Assembly: GCF_964355755.1 (NCBI RefSeq)
Contig: NC_092672.1
Span: forward strand, 35,904,437-35,968,436
Reading direction: 5' to 3'
Source: Antedon mediterranea
Taxonomy: Eukaryota > Animalia > Echinodermata
DNA length: 64,000 nucleotides
Shown here in pieces: positions 23,701-35,100 of the stretch. The position numbers and the translations under genes were made by a program. Under the pieces are notes generated by a model. That model had not been told where the DNA came from. It did not search any database and saw only the letters and a list, made by a program, of their open reading frames with translations. The first letter of the stretch is position 1, and each line of letters opens with the position of its first letter.

Positions 23701-25526
23701 TAGTCCCCTGTGTACAGTACAGAAAGAAAATAATAAATCACCATGTTTCAGATTACGACGCATTACACGCACTCCTAGCCTATCCTCCCACCGCCGATCC
23801 GATCGAGAACACATGCAATTCAATTCATTGGGAAAACAATTCAATTTGACGCACACGCACCCTCTGATAAGAAATTTCACACGGCGTCGTGTCGTGTGTA
23901 CATACATCCTCCTCCACGTACGCACCAAAGATCTAGAAGGATCGTTGGAAAAACAATTCCTTTTGACGTACACGCACCCTCTGATAAGAAAATACCATGT
24001 GCGTTCCTGCATGGTGCAGTCCATTATACGTCTAAAATTAGGGGTGTCCACTTTTAGTAACAAAGTTAAAAACGCACCTCAATCCGAAGATCGTTGGAAG
24101 TATATTATATTTATATTTTATCGCACCCACCTCAATAATCCAGCCGACAGATCATCGAAAAATCTTGTTTAACAACGTCGTACACTAAATTAACGAACGC
24201 GTTTTTACCGACCTCAAAGAAATGGTATAGTCCACAATACATGTGCAGAATTAATTCTAAACTAACAGGGAGAGAGAGAGGGGTCGGCGTCCGTCCGTGT
24301 TTTGAATTTTATATTAAAAAAAAGCTTTAGAAATCGAAACTCGGAAAATAACTATAATTTATATTCTACTACATAATGTCATTGGCTTGAATTTTACCGT
24401 GGTTGAAACCCTGTGTATGAATAGTTGTAGGGCCTACAAACAAATTGTTTTGGTATCATTTTCTCCGTTCTATCAGAGTAGTTTAAGTAGGACTAGGCCT
24501 AGTACTAGCCTACTGTAGTCGTAGTCGGCCAACCTAGCTAGGCTTAAAACGTGCTATTCTGTACTATGATCTCATCTATTTATTAGGCCGGCTACCCGCG
24601 GAACTCGCGATATGTGGGCGGCAACATTTTGATTGTTGATATGAATATTCATCAATTGCGTTCCGCGAGCATTCCGAATGAATATTTTTGTATTGCACGT
24701 TCTGCGGAAAGGAGGTTCAATGAACTATGAAGGTAAAATCGCGGAACTCGCGGAAAATTCGTTTTTGGACGGCCCCTAAGTAGATTTTATCTATTTGACT
24801 TGATACCAGGATTATCCTGTAAAAAAACATGGCTGTTGGGGGCCATTCAGTATTAGTTTTACTAATTGGTAAAGGTGATATTTTGAGAATATTATACAAT
24901 GCAAGGATGGTGAAGGTTTGCATTTTGTTATGCTGTCTGTGGTAAGGCTACATAGTAGTAGTTTGGTGATTAACGTGCTTGCCTTCCAATCTCAAGGTTC
25001 AGGGTTAAATTCTGACCTAGTGCCAGGGTTGTAACTCAACTCTTTCAACTCCACTCCCTAAAGCGTGGTTCCCACTAGCGACGCAAGGACGTAATGCAAC
25101 GCAAGTGAATTGACCAATCACAAGCGATGGCTTATTCGCTTGTGATTGCTAACTGTCTATAACTTCACTTGTCATTGGCTTGTCCTTGCATTACGTTCTA
25201 GTGGGAACCAAGCTTAAGCCTCAAATGAGACTTAGTTTATAAGCACGATAAATTATAAAATAGTTTATCCATCCAGCAATTGGCGAGTTACTCGCTGTTG
25301 GATGCCTATAAAATAAATATATCAAACATTAATGTACACCGTCGCTAACTGATAAAACAACAACATTTATCGAAATAAGGAATTACTATTATTTTTTCTT
25401 TAGGATGAAGATAACTTTGTGAAATCATTGTGGACAGAATTAAGCGGAAGTTATCAAGATGAATGCGCTGAAGTAATAACCGTCCTGAAAGCAAGAAAAA
25501 CGTACATAAACACTTTGAAACTTTGA
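11738..25526 (+). CDS. NAA25: N-alpha-acetyltransferase 25, NatB auxiliary subunit (MDM20)
   Basis: Exons: 11738-11798, 12488-12573, 13016-13154, 13617-13732, 14022-14096, 14207-14396, 15207-15315, 15924-16010, 16617-16774, 16991-17169, 17903-18128, 18571-18681, 19296-19365, 19487-19586, 19950-20101, 20700-20758, 20849-20921, 21183-21420, 21772-21886, 21988-22053, 22160-22257, 22602-22712, 22865-23014, 25404-25526; phases consistent. N-terminus NERRLRPIYDNLDNGNNKAAIQAADK; also SHLFMAYVR, KNPYYFW, KHIQQDT, AYKFGSFQKIPEFIEFR, DLRDNRD. Confidence 0.96.
13225..13470 (-). mobile_element. tRNA-derived SINE with a Deu/Nin-like core, copy A
   Basis: Highly similar to 43880-44151; B-box GGTTCGAGGC on the minus strand. 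Confidence 0.75.
13761..13921. mobile_element. MITE-A copy (about 160 bp, 23-bp TIR, TAA TSD)
   Basis: TAA-AGCTCTGTCTACACTATCAAACT...AGTTTGATAGTGTAGACAGAGCT-TAA. A 3-bp TAA duplication is typical of PIF/Harbinger. Confidence 0.92.
15327..15486. mobile_element. MITE-A copy
   Basis: Same TIRs and internal repeats as 13761-13921. Confidence 0.88.
15575..15805 (+). mobile_element. Degenerate CORE/MIR-like SINE body with an L2-like tail
   Basis: TCCTTGGGCAAGACACTTTAC...TGCCTCTTTCCACCCAGGTGTAGAAATGGGAACC, followed by a TGTACAATGCTTTGAAG...TAGGCACTTTATAA tail. Confidence 0.55.
16075..16475 (+). mobile_element. Decayed 3' fragment of a CR1/L2-group LINE
   Basis: Frameshifted WAGNISKGDKDRIEKVLGRAGKVIG...HPLH...SGRMR parallels the 27450-28040 ORF; ends in AATAAA plus (ATCTGT)2. 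Confidence 0.78.
17210..17366. mobile_element. MITE-A copy
   Basis: Same TIRs; TAA on both sides. Confidence 0.9.
17690..17825. repeat. 17-bp minisatellite (CCTAGCTAGATGCGTGG)n, about 7-8 units
   Basis: Directly visible. Confidence 0.92.
18164..18360 (-). mobile_element. tRNA-derived SINE family B, uninterrupted copy
   Basis: Minus strand: A-box GTAGCTTGGTGG, B-box GGTTCAATCC. Homologous to 24950-25306, to a tail fragment at 15004-15050 and to a head-like fragment at ~26695-26750. Confidence 0.75.
19716..19858. mobile_element. MITE-A copy
   Basis: Same TIRs; TAA on both sides. Confidence 0.88.
20193..20530. repeat. 77-bp tandem repeat (~4.3 units) inside a degenerate TcMar/pogo-like MITE (~20120-20612)
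   Basis: Unit TTCTTTACACAGGAAGATTCCCCTAAATTGAGGTGTCCTCTAAATAGGGGCTGACTCTAGCCTTAGATTGCACCTTG. Flanks carry CCTATTAAGGGGACACC / GGTGTC motifs also seen at ~33190, ~34760 and ~60610-60712. Confidence 0.88.
21499..21599. mobile_element. MITE-A copy, internally deleted
   Basis: CTCTGTCTACACTATCAAACT...TGTAGACAGAGCT. Confidence 0.82.
22338..22465. mobile_element. Kolobok-like MITE, short copy
   Basis: TTAA-AGATGTACTGTCCCCC...GGGGACAACACATCT-TTAA. Confidence 0.8.
23055..24776. mobile_element. 1.7-kb non-autonomous PIF/Harbinger-type transposon in the last NAA25 intron
   Basis: TAA-GGGGCCGTCCAAAAACTAATTTTCCGCGAGTTCCGCGAT...ATCGCGGAACTCGCGGAAAATTCGTTTTTGGACGGCCCC-TAA; subterminal CGCGGAACTCGCG repeats; no recognisable transposase. 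Confidence 0.9.
24950..25306 (+). mobile_element. SINE family B copy interrupted by a MITE
   Basis: Aligns to the reverse complement of 18164-18360 on both sides of the 25062-25214 insert. Confidence 0.75.
25062..25214. mobile_element. PIF/Harbinger-type MITE-B (TAA TSD)
   Basis: TAA-AGCGTGGTTCCCACTAG...CTAGTGGGAACCAAGCT-TAA; the empty site is visible in the paralogous SINE. Confidence 0.9.
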
Positions 25527-26011
25527 AATAGAGTATAAACAATGACTTGGCAAACATATTGAAAAGTTTATGATGGAAAGAATATGTGGTATTGATGATT
25601 TTCAAAGAAACAAAAGCATAAGCATAATTTGAAATTGAATGAATTGCTTCAGATTAAGATACCAAATGAAAGTTGGGAGGAGTGTGCTTGAAATTTTGAT
25701 TAATCATTTTAAATATACAGTATTAGTATTGGACATCCTTAAAGATTTATTGTGTTATGTAGATAGTATTGAACAGATAAAATGAAAGAGGCAAAACGTT
25801 CAAGGCCCAACACAGACCTCTTTAAGAGTGGTGTCCCCTGAATAGTTTTCAAAAGATATTGCTCCTTGTTCGTTTTATTGGGAATATGGAGTGTTCCCTG
25901 AATAGGGGTGTCATGTAATTAGTTATTATGGTTTTATCAGATTTAAAGTGCTGGTGTGTGTTATAGTATAGTAATGAAATTTTAAGTACTGTATTTGAGA
26001 AGCACAAGTAA

Positions 26012-26679
26012 AAACTAGAAAGCCACTCCGAGAGTGCATACCTCCGCCTACTGTAAAATTGTTCTACATCAGATTTAGTCACCGGAAAGTGTGTGTCTTA
26101 ATGCTGCATGTGAATTATATAAGCATGTGTATGCGAGTTTGGTGTAAAGGTTATGTAACCCGCCTTTCAACTAACAAAAGCTTCAGCCGACTAACAATAG
26201 AACAGAATCGCGAAAATCAAACGAGTGAATTTGAAAAGAAATAGGGTTTTTAAACTACTTGTATCAAAAAACTTGTACATTAAATCTCATTATGTTTTAA
26301 AATTACAAATCACAAAATATAACTCTTACCTCTTGTACAAAAATGAAGTTTTTTAGACAAGTAGTTCTCGAGAAAATACAATTTTAGTTTACTTGTTACT
26401 TTAAGACTGCTCACCGGCTTTTGAAATTTCTGTCCTATCTTTTAACTCTAGCAGGTCTGAAAAGTATATTTAAAAGTGGTCCAGAATTGGGACCATGGTC
26501 TTAAATGGTCCCAAAATTTAATGGAATGGTCCTTGACCACATATCTATATGTACATTCATTTTGGTAAAGATCTTGTATTTACTTTTTGAGTAATCCTGC
26601 TAACAAACAAACAAACATACAAACAAACAAACAAACACACACACGCTACCGATTACATATACCTCCTTGGCGGAGGTAA
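26012..26679. mobile_element. Composite repeat with Crypton-like ends and a possible nested element
   Basis: 5' AACTAGAAAGCCACTCCGAGAGTGCATACCTCCGCC and 3' (AAAC)n...ACCTCCTTGGCGGAGGTAA resemble the ends of a widespread aquatic-animal non-autonomous repeat (recalled, not searched). Confidence 0.5.
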
Positions 26680-27449
26680 ATAATGATTTACATGGCACAG
26701 TAGCTTGGTGCTTGTTTACCAATACAAAAGGTTTAGGTTCATATCCTGGTTTTCTCAAGGCAAAAACCATTTACCACAGCATCATCATATCAAGACCTAA
26801 AAACATGAGTTTAGTTGTTTGTGATGCTATTATATTCTGAATTTGAACTTTTGTATTTCTTTGAAAGGAGCATTTACTCGCTTATACCATGCACACGAAA
26901 AGCACTGTTAATTGCCTCACTGTAAATTAAAATTGTTTTTGCTGCTCCAGCCATTGGACTAAAAGTTGCCACAGATTTTAACCATTAGCCTAGATACATA
27001 TAGTATGAAACCCAGGTTTTATCAGAGATCCTGTGTTTTAAGTACAGCTGTTGGTCCCGCACCGTATGTATAATTTCTACAAATGTTAAATAAAGTGTGT
27101 TCAGCAGTAGATGATCTTTGTATATTACACACTAAATCACATAATGTGAGAATAAAAGCAAACCACAGGGCCATGTATTAACTTCCTAAATTTAGCAAGT
27201 CTTCAAGAAATCATGTTTAATATTTGTGCCTTTGGTTATTATTGAAAGTTTGCCAGTAAAATGTCTGCAAAGGGTTAAATTTGGATCATCAGATTTTATA
27301 GTATTTTTATGTAAAAGGTTCTTACAGAATCGGTCATCTTTGTTTGATTTTAATAAAATCTGTCATTATAGAAAGACTATATTTTTATTCTTAATTTGAA
27401 TTTTTATATTTCTTTGAGGAAGCATCTACTCTGTTATACCATGGAGGTA

Positions 27450-28183
27450 CAAACAAATGCATCAAAAACAAAGGAGATGATCATTGATTTTAGGACTAAA
27501 CATAAATTTAATTTTCAACCAATCACTATCAAAGGTAAAGAAATTGAAATTGTTGACCAGTACAAGTATCTAGGAATTGTTTTCAATGATAAACTGAGTT
27601 GGGGAGACCATATAGACTTCATCAGCAAAAAATTAAATCCCAGAATGTATTGTATGAGAACTTTATATAAATTTAACTCCTGTGATTTGATGTTACTTTC
27701 GTTCTATAGATCCGTTATATGTAGTGTTTGGACGTATTGCCTCTCCTGTTGGGCTGGTAATGTTACCGGAGGGAATAAAGGACGCCTTGAAACTTTCATC
27801 CGTCGGGCTGGTAAAATGATTGGTCTGGAACTGCCTTCCTTTACCGATGTGCACCTAGAACACCTCCAGAAAGATTTCGAACGCATTGAGTCGGATGCCT
27901 CTCATCCTCTCCACAAAGTGATCATAGACCAACTTAATCCAAGTGGTAGATTGAGGCTCCTCAGTGTGAAAACAAATCGATTTGCTAAATCCTTTATTCC
28001 CTCCGGTATCATCCAGTACAACAGGAAGTCAAGAAGATAATTTTATATTGTAATTTTTTAGATGTTTTTATATGAATGGTTTTATGCTATATTTGTTTTT
28101 ATAGTGTTTTCTTTGTTATTATGACGAGCAATGAATTTCCTTTTTGAGGATCAATAAAAGTTATCTTATCTTATCTTATCTTA
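27450..28183 (+). mobile_element. 5'-truncated CR1/L2-group LINE: RT C-terminus, 3' UTR and (TTATC)n tail
   Basis: Open frame to 28040: NASKTKEMIIDFR, YKYLGI, LSWGDHIDFI, FYRSVICSV, HPLH, SGRLR..KTNRFAKSFIP. AATAAA at ~28153, then (TTATC)4. Confidence 0.92.
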
Positions 28184-28579
28184 TACCTCCATGGTTATAC
28201 CCAAATATCTTATAGGTTCTCACCTCTCTTTGGTTATACTGTACACAGATAAGTAGAAGCACTGTTTAACTATCGTCTCACTCACTGCCAAAAGTGTACA
28301 TATGATAATGAATATTAGACATGATATATATTCATTACTGGGCCTACTGAATATAATACATTTTGTATACAGTATCTTTTTTCCAATTTGTAAAATACTG
28401 TATTATTATTATATATTTGCCTATACCTGTATTGGGTAAAAAGTTATTAACGCATGGCAACGTTTGTGCTATTGAAACGTATCAAATAGCGTTTTATTGT
28501 ACTTACCTCGTACATGTTCGTACTATACTACTGCCGTGCGTATATCCCTCCCTCTATATTTTCCTTAGTTTATTTTGAT

Positions 28580-28650
28580 TTGACAGGTTTTGACATGAGA
28601 TTCAGCGCGCGAGATGTTAAGATGAGAAGAAAGTAAAATTGTTATTTTCG
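28580..28650 (+). promoter_or_regulatory. Probable BRIP1 promoter / non-coding first exon
   Basis: Local CpG cluster with an E2F-like GCGCGCGAGA (~28605), a donor-like CG|GTAAAT at 28650/51, and an acceptor TTTTTCATAG at 29104 upstream of the ATG exon. Confidence 0.45.
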
Positions 28651-29153
28651 GTAAATGTAAGAAATTTGAGATATGTATATAATAAGTAAAATATAACTAA
28701 TAATTATTCCTCATCGTATATTCTAAAAGTTTGTTGACTGTTAGTGTTGTGTTAGCTAGGTAGAAGTCTAGCCTATGTCAATCATTGTCATAGAGACTTC
28801 TATATTATAGCCTAGCTAGCTGGCCTAGCTAGGCCTAATAGGCCCTAGGCCTACGTCCTGCCTGCCTGCTCATTGCTGGATGCTGCCATGGGGTCACATT
28901 GACAGCAGAAGGGGCTAGGCCTAATTAGGCCTAGGCTATAATATAGAGGGCCTACTAGATAGGCTAGCCATACTACCTACTATTATAATCTAGGCTTAGC
29001 CTTAGATTTTAGAGGGACCTTTAAATATATAAATTGTATACAACTGGGAACAATGCAATTATCGTATCGTGTACTGTATTCTTTTTCCTATATGTTTTTC
29101 ATAGACCAACATTTTGAGAAGTAAAGGTCAGAAAGTCAAAGTAGGCCTTCAGC

Positions 29154-32100
29154 ATGGAGTCTACAGAAGTGGTGTACACAATAGGAGGAGTCAAAGTCCT
29201 GTTTCCATTCAAGGCGTACCCGTCACAACTTTCAATGATGAATAAAGTGAGATCCAGCAAAACATTTATTAGAATATCCGAGACCTAAAGTACTCATACT
29301 GACCAATAGGGAGCTTACGATTTGCAACGACCCAACTAGGTCATGTCAATTAGGTCTGTACATGCGGAGAAGGACAGGTTGCGATGCGATACATCGATTG
29401 ACCTATGAGATGACAAACAGTCGTGACCAGTCGAGCGTAAAAAACAAAATAACAGTTATTGTTTGTCACCTCTGCAAGATGGCATCGGTTTCACGAAAAT
29501 CGTCTATCCTCCCAAATAATACAACCAATTTAAAGTGCAAATTTGTCTCATTACAAAGTGTGCCTTTAAGTTAGAAAGACTGATTGTCAGGTTTACGTTA
29601 TTCAGTGTATTTAATTTCTCAGATTATCAATGGTATACATAGAAGTCAGAACTGCCTTTTAGAGAGTCCGACTGGTAGTGGCAAGAGCTTAGCTCTGCTG
29701 TGCTCAGCAATAGCTTGGCAGAAGCATGAAGAAGGTAGTGTGAACACAAGCTTAAAGGCCAACTAATAGTTTAAAACTACTATCAAAACATTTGTGAAAA
29801 CTACATACAATTGTTTTGTTAAATACAAGAAAGAACACTAAAATGCTAATTAATTGTTACAACATTTTATTGTAACATTATCTGTAAATAATACATATAA
29901 TTTGTCATAACTAACATAATACAAATTTGCCACTACATTGCAATTTTCCTAGCATTGAAATATTGGAAATATACACTTGTGTTTTTTATTAGATAGTCAA
30001 TTATGTCTTTTTTTTACCTTCAGAAAAACGAAGAGGCACATGTACAGGTATGTGAAATTATTCCAAACCTAAAATTTGTAACATTTTAAGGTTATAATTA
30101 TTCATATAAATCTATATGCACTCATTCAGAAAACATTAATACTAAAACAATTAACTCAAAATATAACAAATAATATGATAACAAATGTGGGAAAAGCATT
30201 TAAAATGATAATCAGCAAATATGTATATTTTCATAATTTTACAGATGAAGAAGAGCGAATATGTACATGTTCATGTGCAGATAAAAAGCCATCCGGTCAG
30301 ATGATATATCTTCCGGACTTGCCAACGCCCTCTGTTGTTACAACCCCTGCCAAAACATGTGATCAAACACCTGTTAAAGTAGCGACATCTGTATCCAATG
30401 ATGCTGCTCCAGGTGTTAGCCATGGTAACAAAACAAAAAAAGGTAAGGACGATGTGTGTCTATTTAACCTTAAAAGCTTATGTTAAAACTAAAAGATTGC
30501 CAGAAACATGAGATCTTGTTCAGTATGTTGGACCTATTGTGCCAAACTTCTCTATGGTGTAGACTGAAGACAGAAGTAGAAGAGAAAAGTAGACAGACAA
30601 ATTTTTTTGTGTGTGTGTAGTGTAGTGTAGTGTAGTGTGTAGTTATATTCACTTAAATCACATGTTTTATATTGACTTTGTTGAATCGACTATTATGTAT
30701 TTTATCCGTTTATTTTATATTGACACTGTTGATTCGTCTATTTGTTTTTTAAATATTTTTATATAGTTTATTTTATATCATTGTTGTTACTTTGGGAGTA
30801 CGGAACCTGAACTCTTGTTATAGTGATTAGGTTCACTTTTAGGTTCCTGCCTACTCCCTTAGTTTCTGTGTTTTGTTTGTTTGTAACTGGTTTTTGGCAA
30901 TAAATAATAATAATAATAATAATATAGAGGGAAAGTTGGCACTTTAAGGTATCATGTTTACAAATGAATTCGGAAGTTGTCAAAACAATATTTTTATCTT
31001 ATATTAAATTTTAATTGTTACTTTTACAGTAGTAGTTGCAGTGTCAATGTCATACCACAGCACATTAGTATACATTTTTTTAATTCCCTATTTGTCAATT
31101 GATGTTTTATTTTAAATCTTTGTATTTAATTGATAAAGTAGAACAAAAAGATGATGATGATGAAGATGATTTTGTGCAGAGTAAAAAAAGATACAGAACC
31201 CCTGTCCAGGAAAAAGTAAGAATTTTTTTTTTTTGTTATGTATAACACAATACTGCTTAATGTCTTTAACAAAGGATGAAGCAACAAAAGAAAATAATTG
31301 TTGATACTGGGATGTTTAAAATGTGGCGCACAAGTTTGGTTTTGATGCTTATCGTAGGAACAGGCTTTACAGTTAATGAGAAAAGAGTACCAAATGTATA
31401 CAACATGTGCTCATCACTCTAGGAGTAGACAAACAAGGGTAGAATAGGATTGAAAAGGATTATACTGTAATGAATTTATATTGTGTGTGTTGATAGAGTA
31501 ACAAGAGAAGCAAAGTGTCCAAAGGAATCCAATACGATGATGAGGATGAGGAAGATGACGAAGAAGCCAGGAACCCTTACACAGAGGCACACTGGAATAC
31601 TTCAGGTATCATTTCATACCATTTCTTCCACCCAGATAATATTCATCCATCAAGGCTGAATATTTCCACCCAGCCTAACTTATTGTAAAGCTCTGTCTAC
31701 ACTATCAAACTTTATGTGACAAAACATGTGCTGTGCCCATATATGGACATGAACATGATGATGTCATATCACTACTATATTACTACCATATATGGGCACA
31801 TCACATTTTTTGTCAAAATAGTTTGATAGTGTGGACAGAGCTTAAGGCGTTTTACCTAATATCAACTCATTACTAGAAGTAGCATCATCTATAATATGTA
31901 TTTCATGCCTGAATTTTTTCCACCCAAATGAATTCCCTCCACCCAGCCTAACTTATTGAAGAAAAAGCATCTTGGTAACCCTAATTAAACATTCTGTGTC
32001 ATCCATTCAGATATTTCTGCTCCACCAGTTCAAAGTACATCGAAACAAGACAACTGCACGTGTTGCTGTCATTCTACAGAAGGGTGCTGCGAAGGAGAAG

Positions 32101-35100
32101 TCGCACAGAAACCAAAGAAGTAAATCTAGAGCTCTGTCCACACTATCAAACTAGTTTGACAAAAACAGTGTGATGTGCCCAAATATGGTAGTGATATGAC
32201 ATCATCATCATGTCCATATATGGCCACATCACATTTTTTCGCATAAAGTTTGATAGTGTAGACAGACAGAGCTTTATTCTCCTGTCTGCTCCCCAAGCAT
32301 TAGAATGCCTGAATGCTAGTCAGGTTGGGACTCACAGGTCACTGGGGCCTAGCCCTTATTGCCCGATACACTGGATATATTCTGTACTGGATAATTATTG
32401 ATATTGCTATCTGACCAATAGTCTTATTTTCCCCTTCTGAGAAACCATGCCATGTTGTAGAAAATGTATAATAAAAATATGTATCTTTTGTTTTTTAATT
32501 ATCTTTTTCTAGATTTCCAAAAATCTACTTTGGTACAAGAACACATAAACAGATTGAGCAAATAGTAAAGGAGTTGGGTCGTACGGCATACCAAGATACC
32601 GAGTAAGTATGTACTTAGGAAAAATTAGTCAAGATTTAAAATCTGTCTTTTGTACTTTAGTACCTGGATTATTCATTAACAAAAAAAAAAAAAAAAATTG
32701 AAAATAATTAACAAAAATACTACAACCTTTTTATTATAAGTTTTATTTTGAACTCAATGATTTTGTTTATATCTAAATATAGCAATGCCGCATGTCATGA
32801 TGACTTTGCAGTTTTACTTGTGTTCCCCAGATATATATTGTCACGATAAATATGTGACAATGAATGTGCATATTAAAGGCACTAATACTACTAAGCATTT
32901 TTTTACTTTTCCACATTTATTTTATTATTTTATCTTAATTTAAAGTTCTTTTGAAATATTGTGAAGTTATAAATATTATAAGTTATCACATACAAGAATA
33001 AAGAGCTTTATACATGTCGGTGGAAAAACATTAAAATAAAGGTTAAAGGTTAATACTGTTCTACGAATACTCACTATAATTGCAATAATTATCACATACA
33101 GTTCACTGTTTGTCCCCAAATGAGATGGGTATTCTAGTTTTATCAAAGGCATATAAGTCAATCAACAAGGACCAATGTATGTTTAGAGGATGCCCCTATT
33201 AAGGGGATACTTCGTTCGTAAAGATAACTTTACTTACTTGTTTACTTGTTTACTTGTTTCCCGTACACTTTCGTCTACGGGATCGAGGCAAAGCACTCAG
33301 TGCTTAAAAGCCCCTCTTAGCAATAAAATCATATTCTAACTTGAGACGTTTTATATTTTATTCTTTATATAGTATTTTAATATTTATACTGTTCATAATG
33401 TTTTATACATAGCATGTTTTCTTATATATTGTCTTATCCATTGTATAGTATTGTATGTTTTTGACTGTTGTTATTTGAATTGTTATTTGAACCTTGGAAG
33501 GCAAATTTCATTTACTTTGTATTTGACAATAAATTTTAACTTGAACTTGTACTTTAACTTTCTGTTTTCTTGTTTCAGCATGACCATATTAGGAAGTCGT
33601 GAACACCTTTGCATTCATCCTACAGTATCTACAGGACCCAGGAAGAATGAAGGCTGCAAGGATTTACTCAAGAAAAGATTTGTATGCCAGTTTTTGTTTT
33701 TTTTCCTAGCCTTTATATATTAAGGAGTTTCCGATTTTTGTCCGACTAGAAAACTAGTTATGTACTGTTAATTCATTGTGCACATGAAATGTGCTTTCTT
33801 CCATCGATTTCTTGACAATTTTTCCCTTTCTAGATCCAAATGACAACATATTATGCTTTTATTAGTATAGGGTTATTTGAGTTGAATAATTTGGTTAATA
33901 TTATAAATTGTTTATTTTTTTCCTTTTTCAAAATTGTTCTTTTTTTATTTGAAGGGAGTATCATGCATGTATTACTCAAATGTACATCGTATGAAGTCTC
34001 AGTGGCAGCTGGACGCCAATGGACTGGACAGTGCTTGGGATATTGAAGACCTTGTCAGAGTTGGCAAAAGAGTGAAGGTATTTCTGGTTGCTCTGTCTAA
34101 AACTCTAAAGGAGCCTGATGGTTTGGTGCTGATATGGAGTCATGTTAGGTTTCATCACAGTGATGTAGCCACGAGAAATAAAGTGGTCCAGTTTTTGCAA
34201 GAAAAGGGAACAATCTCTGTTCAAGCTACTAGGTTGGCAAAGACCTCTGTGAAAAAGTGGTCAGGTTGAAACTTTACCAACCATACTGGTGGATACATAC
34301 TGCATTGATGCATCATTCTGTTCCTATTTCTACTGTTTGTGTAGTTTAGAAGTAGGCCCATGAATATGATCAACTCTTTGTTACTGTTCTAACACATTAC
34401 TGAAAATAGGTATATTCTTTTAAGTGGCAATTAAAAAAATATATTAATTATATAATCAATACCTTTGCTTCTAAATCTAATGTAGTAATATTTATTTTTA
34501 ATTTTACTATCATGCTTTTAATTCATTGTAATAATAAAAATATATCTTTTTTTCTGTATGTCAGGCTTGCCCATACTTTGCTGTGAGAGGTTTAAAAGAT
34601 GAAGCAAATGTTGTATTCTGTCCATATAATTATCTTATTGATCCTAAGATAAGGAAAAGTGTAAGTGCCATCCGTATCTGCCCAAATATGGTAGTAATAT
34701 GCCCACATATGGTAGTGATATGACATCATCATGTCTAGCATCACAATAGAACTGGGACACACTATTAAGGGGATACTAGGTGCGTAACTAATAAAACGGC
34801 TATGTTGATGATTTTACGCTCTAGCGAACCCAGGATATTCGTCTTCCTCCCCTAACCGTTGTGTTTGTAAAGTCCATATTGCTGGGTTCCAAAGGTGTCC
34901 CTATTAAAGGTTCTCAAAAGGTTTTCTAAAGCTCTGTCTACACTATCAAACTTTATGTGACAACAAATTGTGATGTGCCTAAATATGGACATGATGACAT
35001 CATATTACTACCATATTGGGGTGCATCACACTTTTAAAAAAAAACTAGTTTAATAGTGTAAACAGAGCTTAATATTAAATTATTTTATATTTTTTTTTAG

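Noticed and set aside
23401-24172. 220-aa and 161-aa overlapping ORFs as transposase or host gene
   Set aside because: No DDE, Myb/SANT or other recognisable motif; they lie inside a non-autonomous element.
27396-28040. 214-aa ORF as a cellular gene
   Set aside because: It is the C-terminal end of a LINE ORF2, lacking the catalytic RT core and followed by a LINE-type tail.
28228-28250. miR-9-like TCTTTGGTTAT; also miR-96-like (6121) and miR-124-like (37875) seeds
   Set aside because: Only the first 8-11 nt match and no precursor hairpin is evident.
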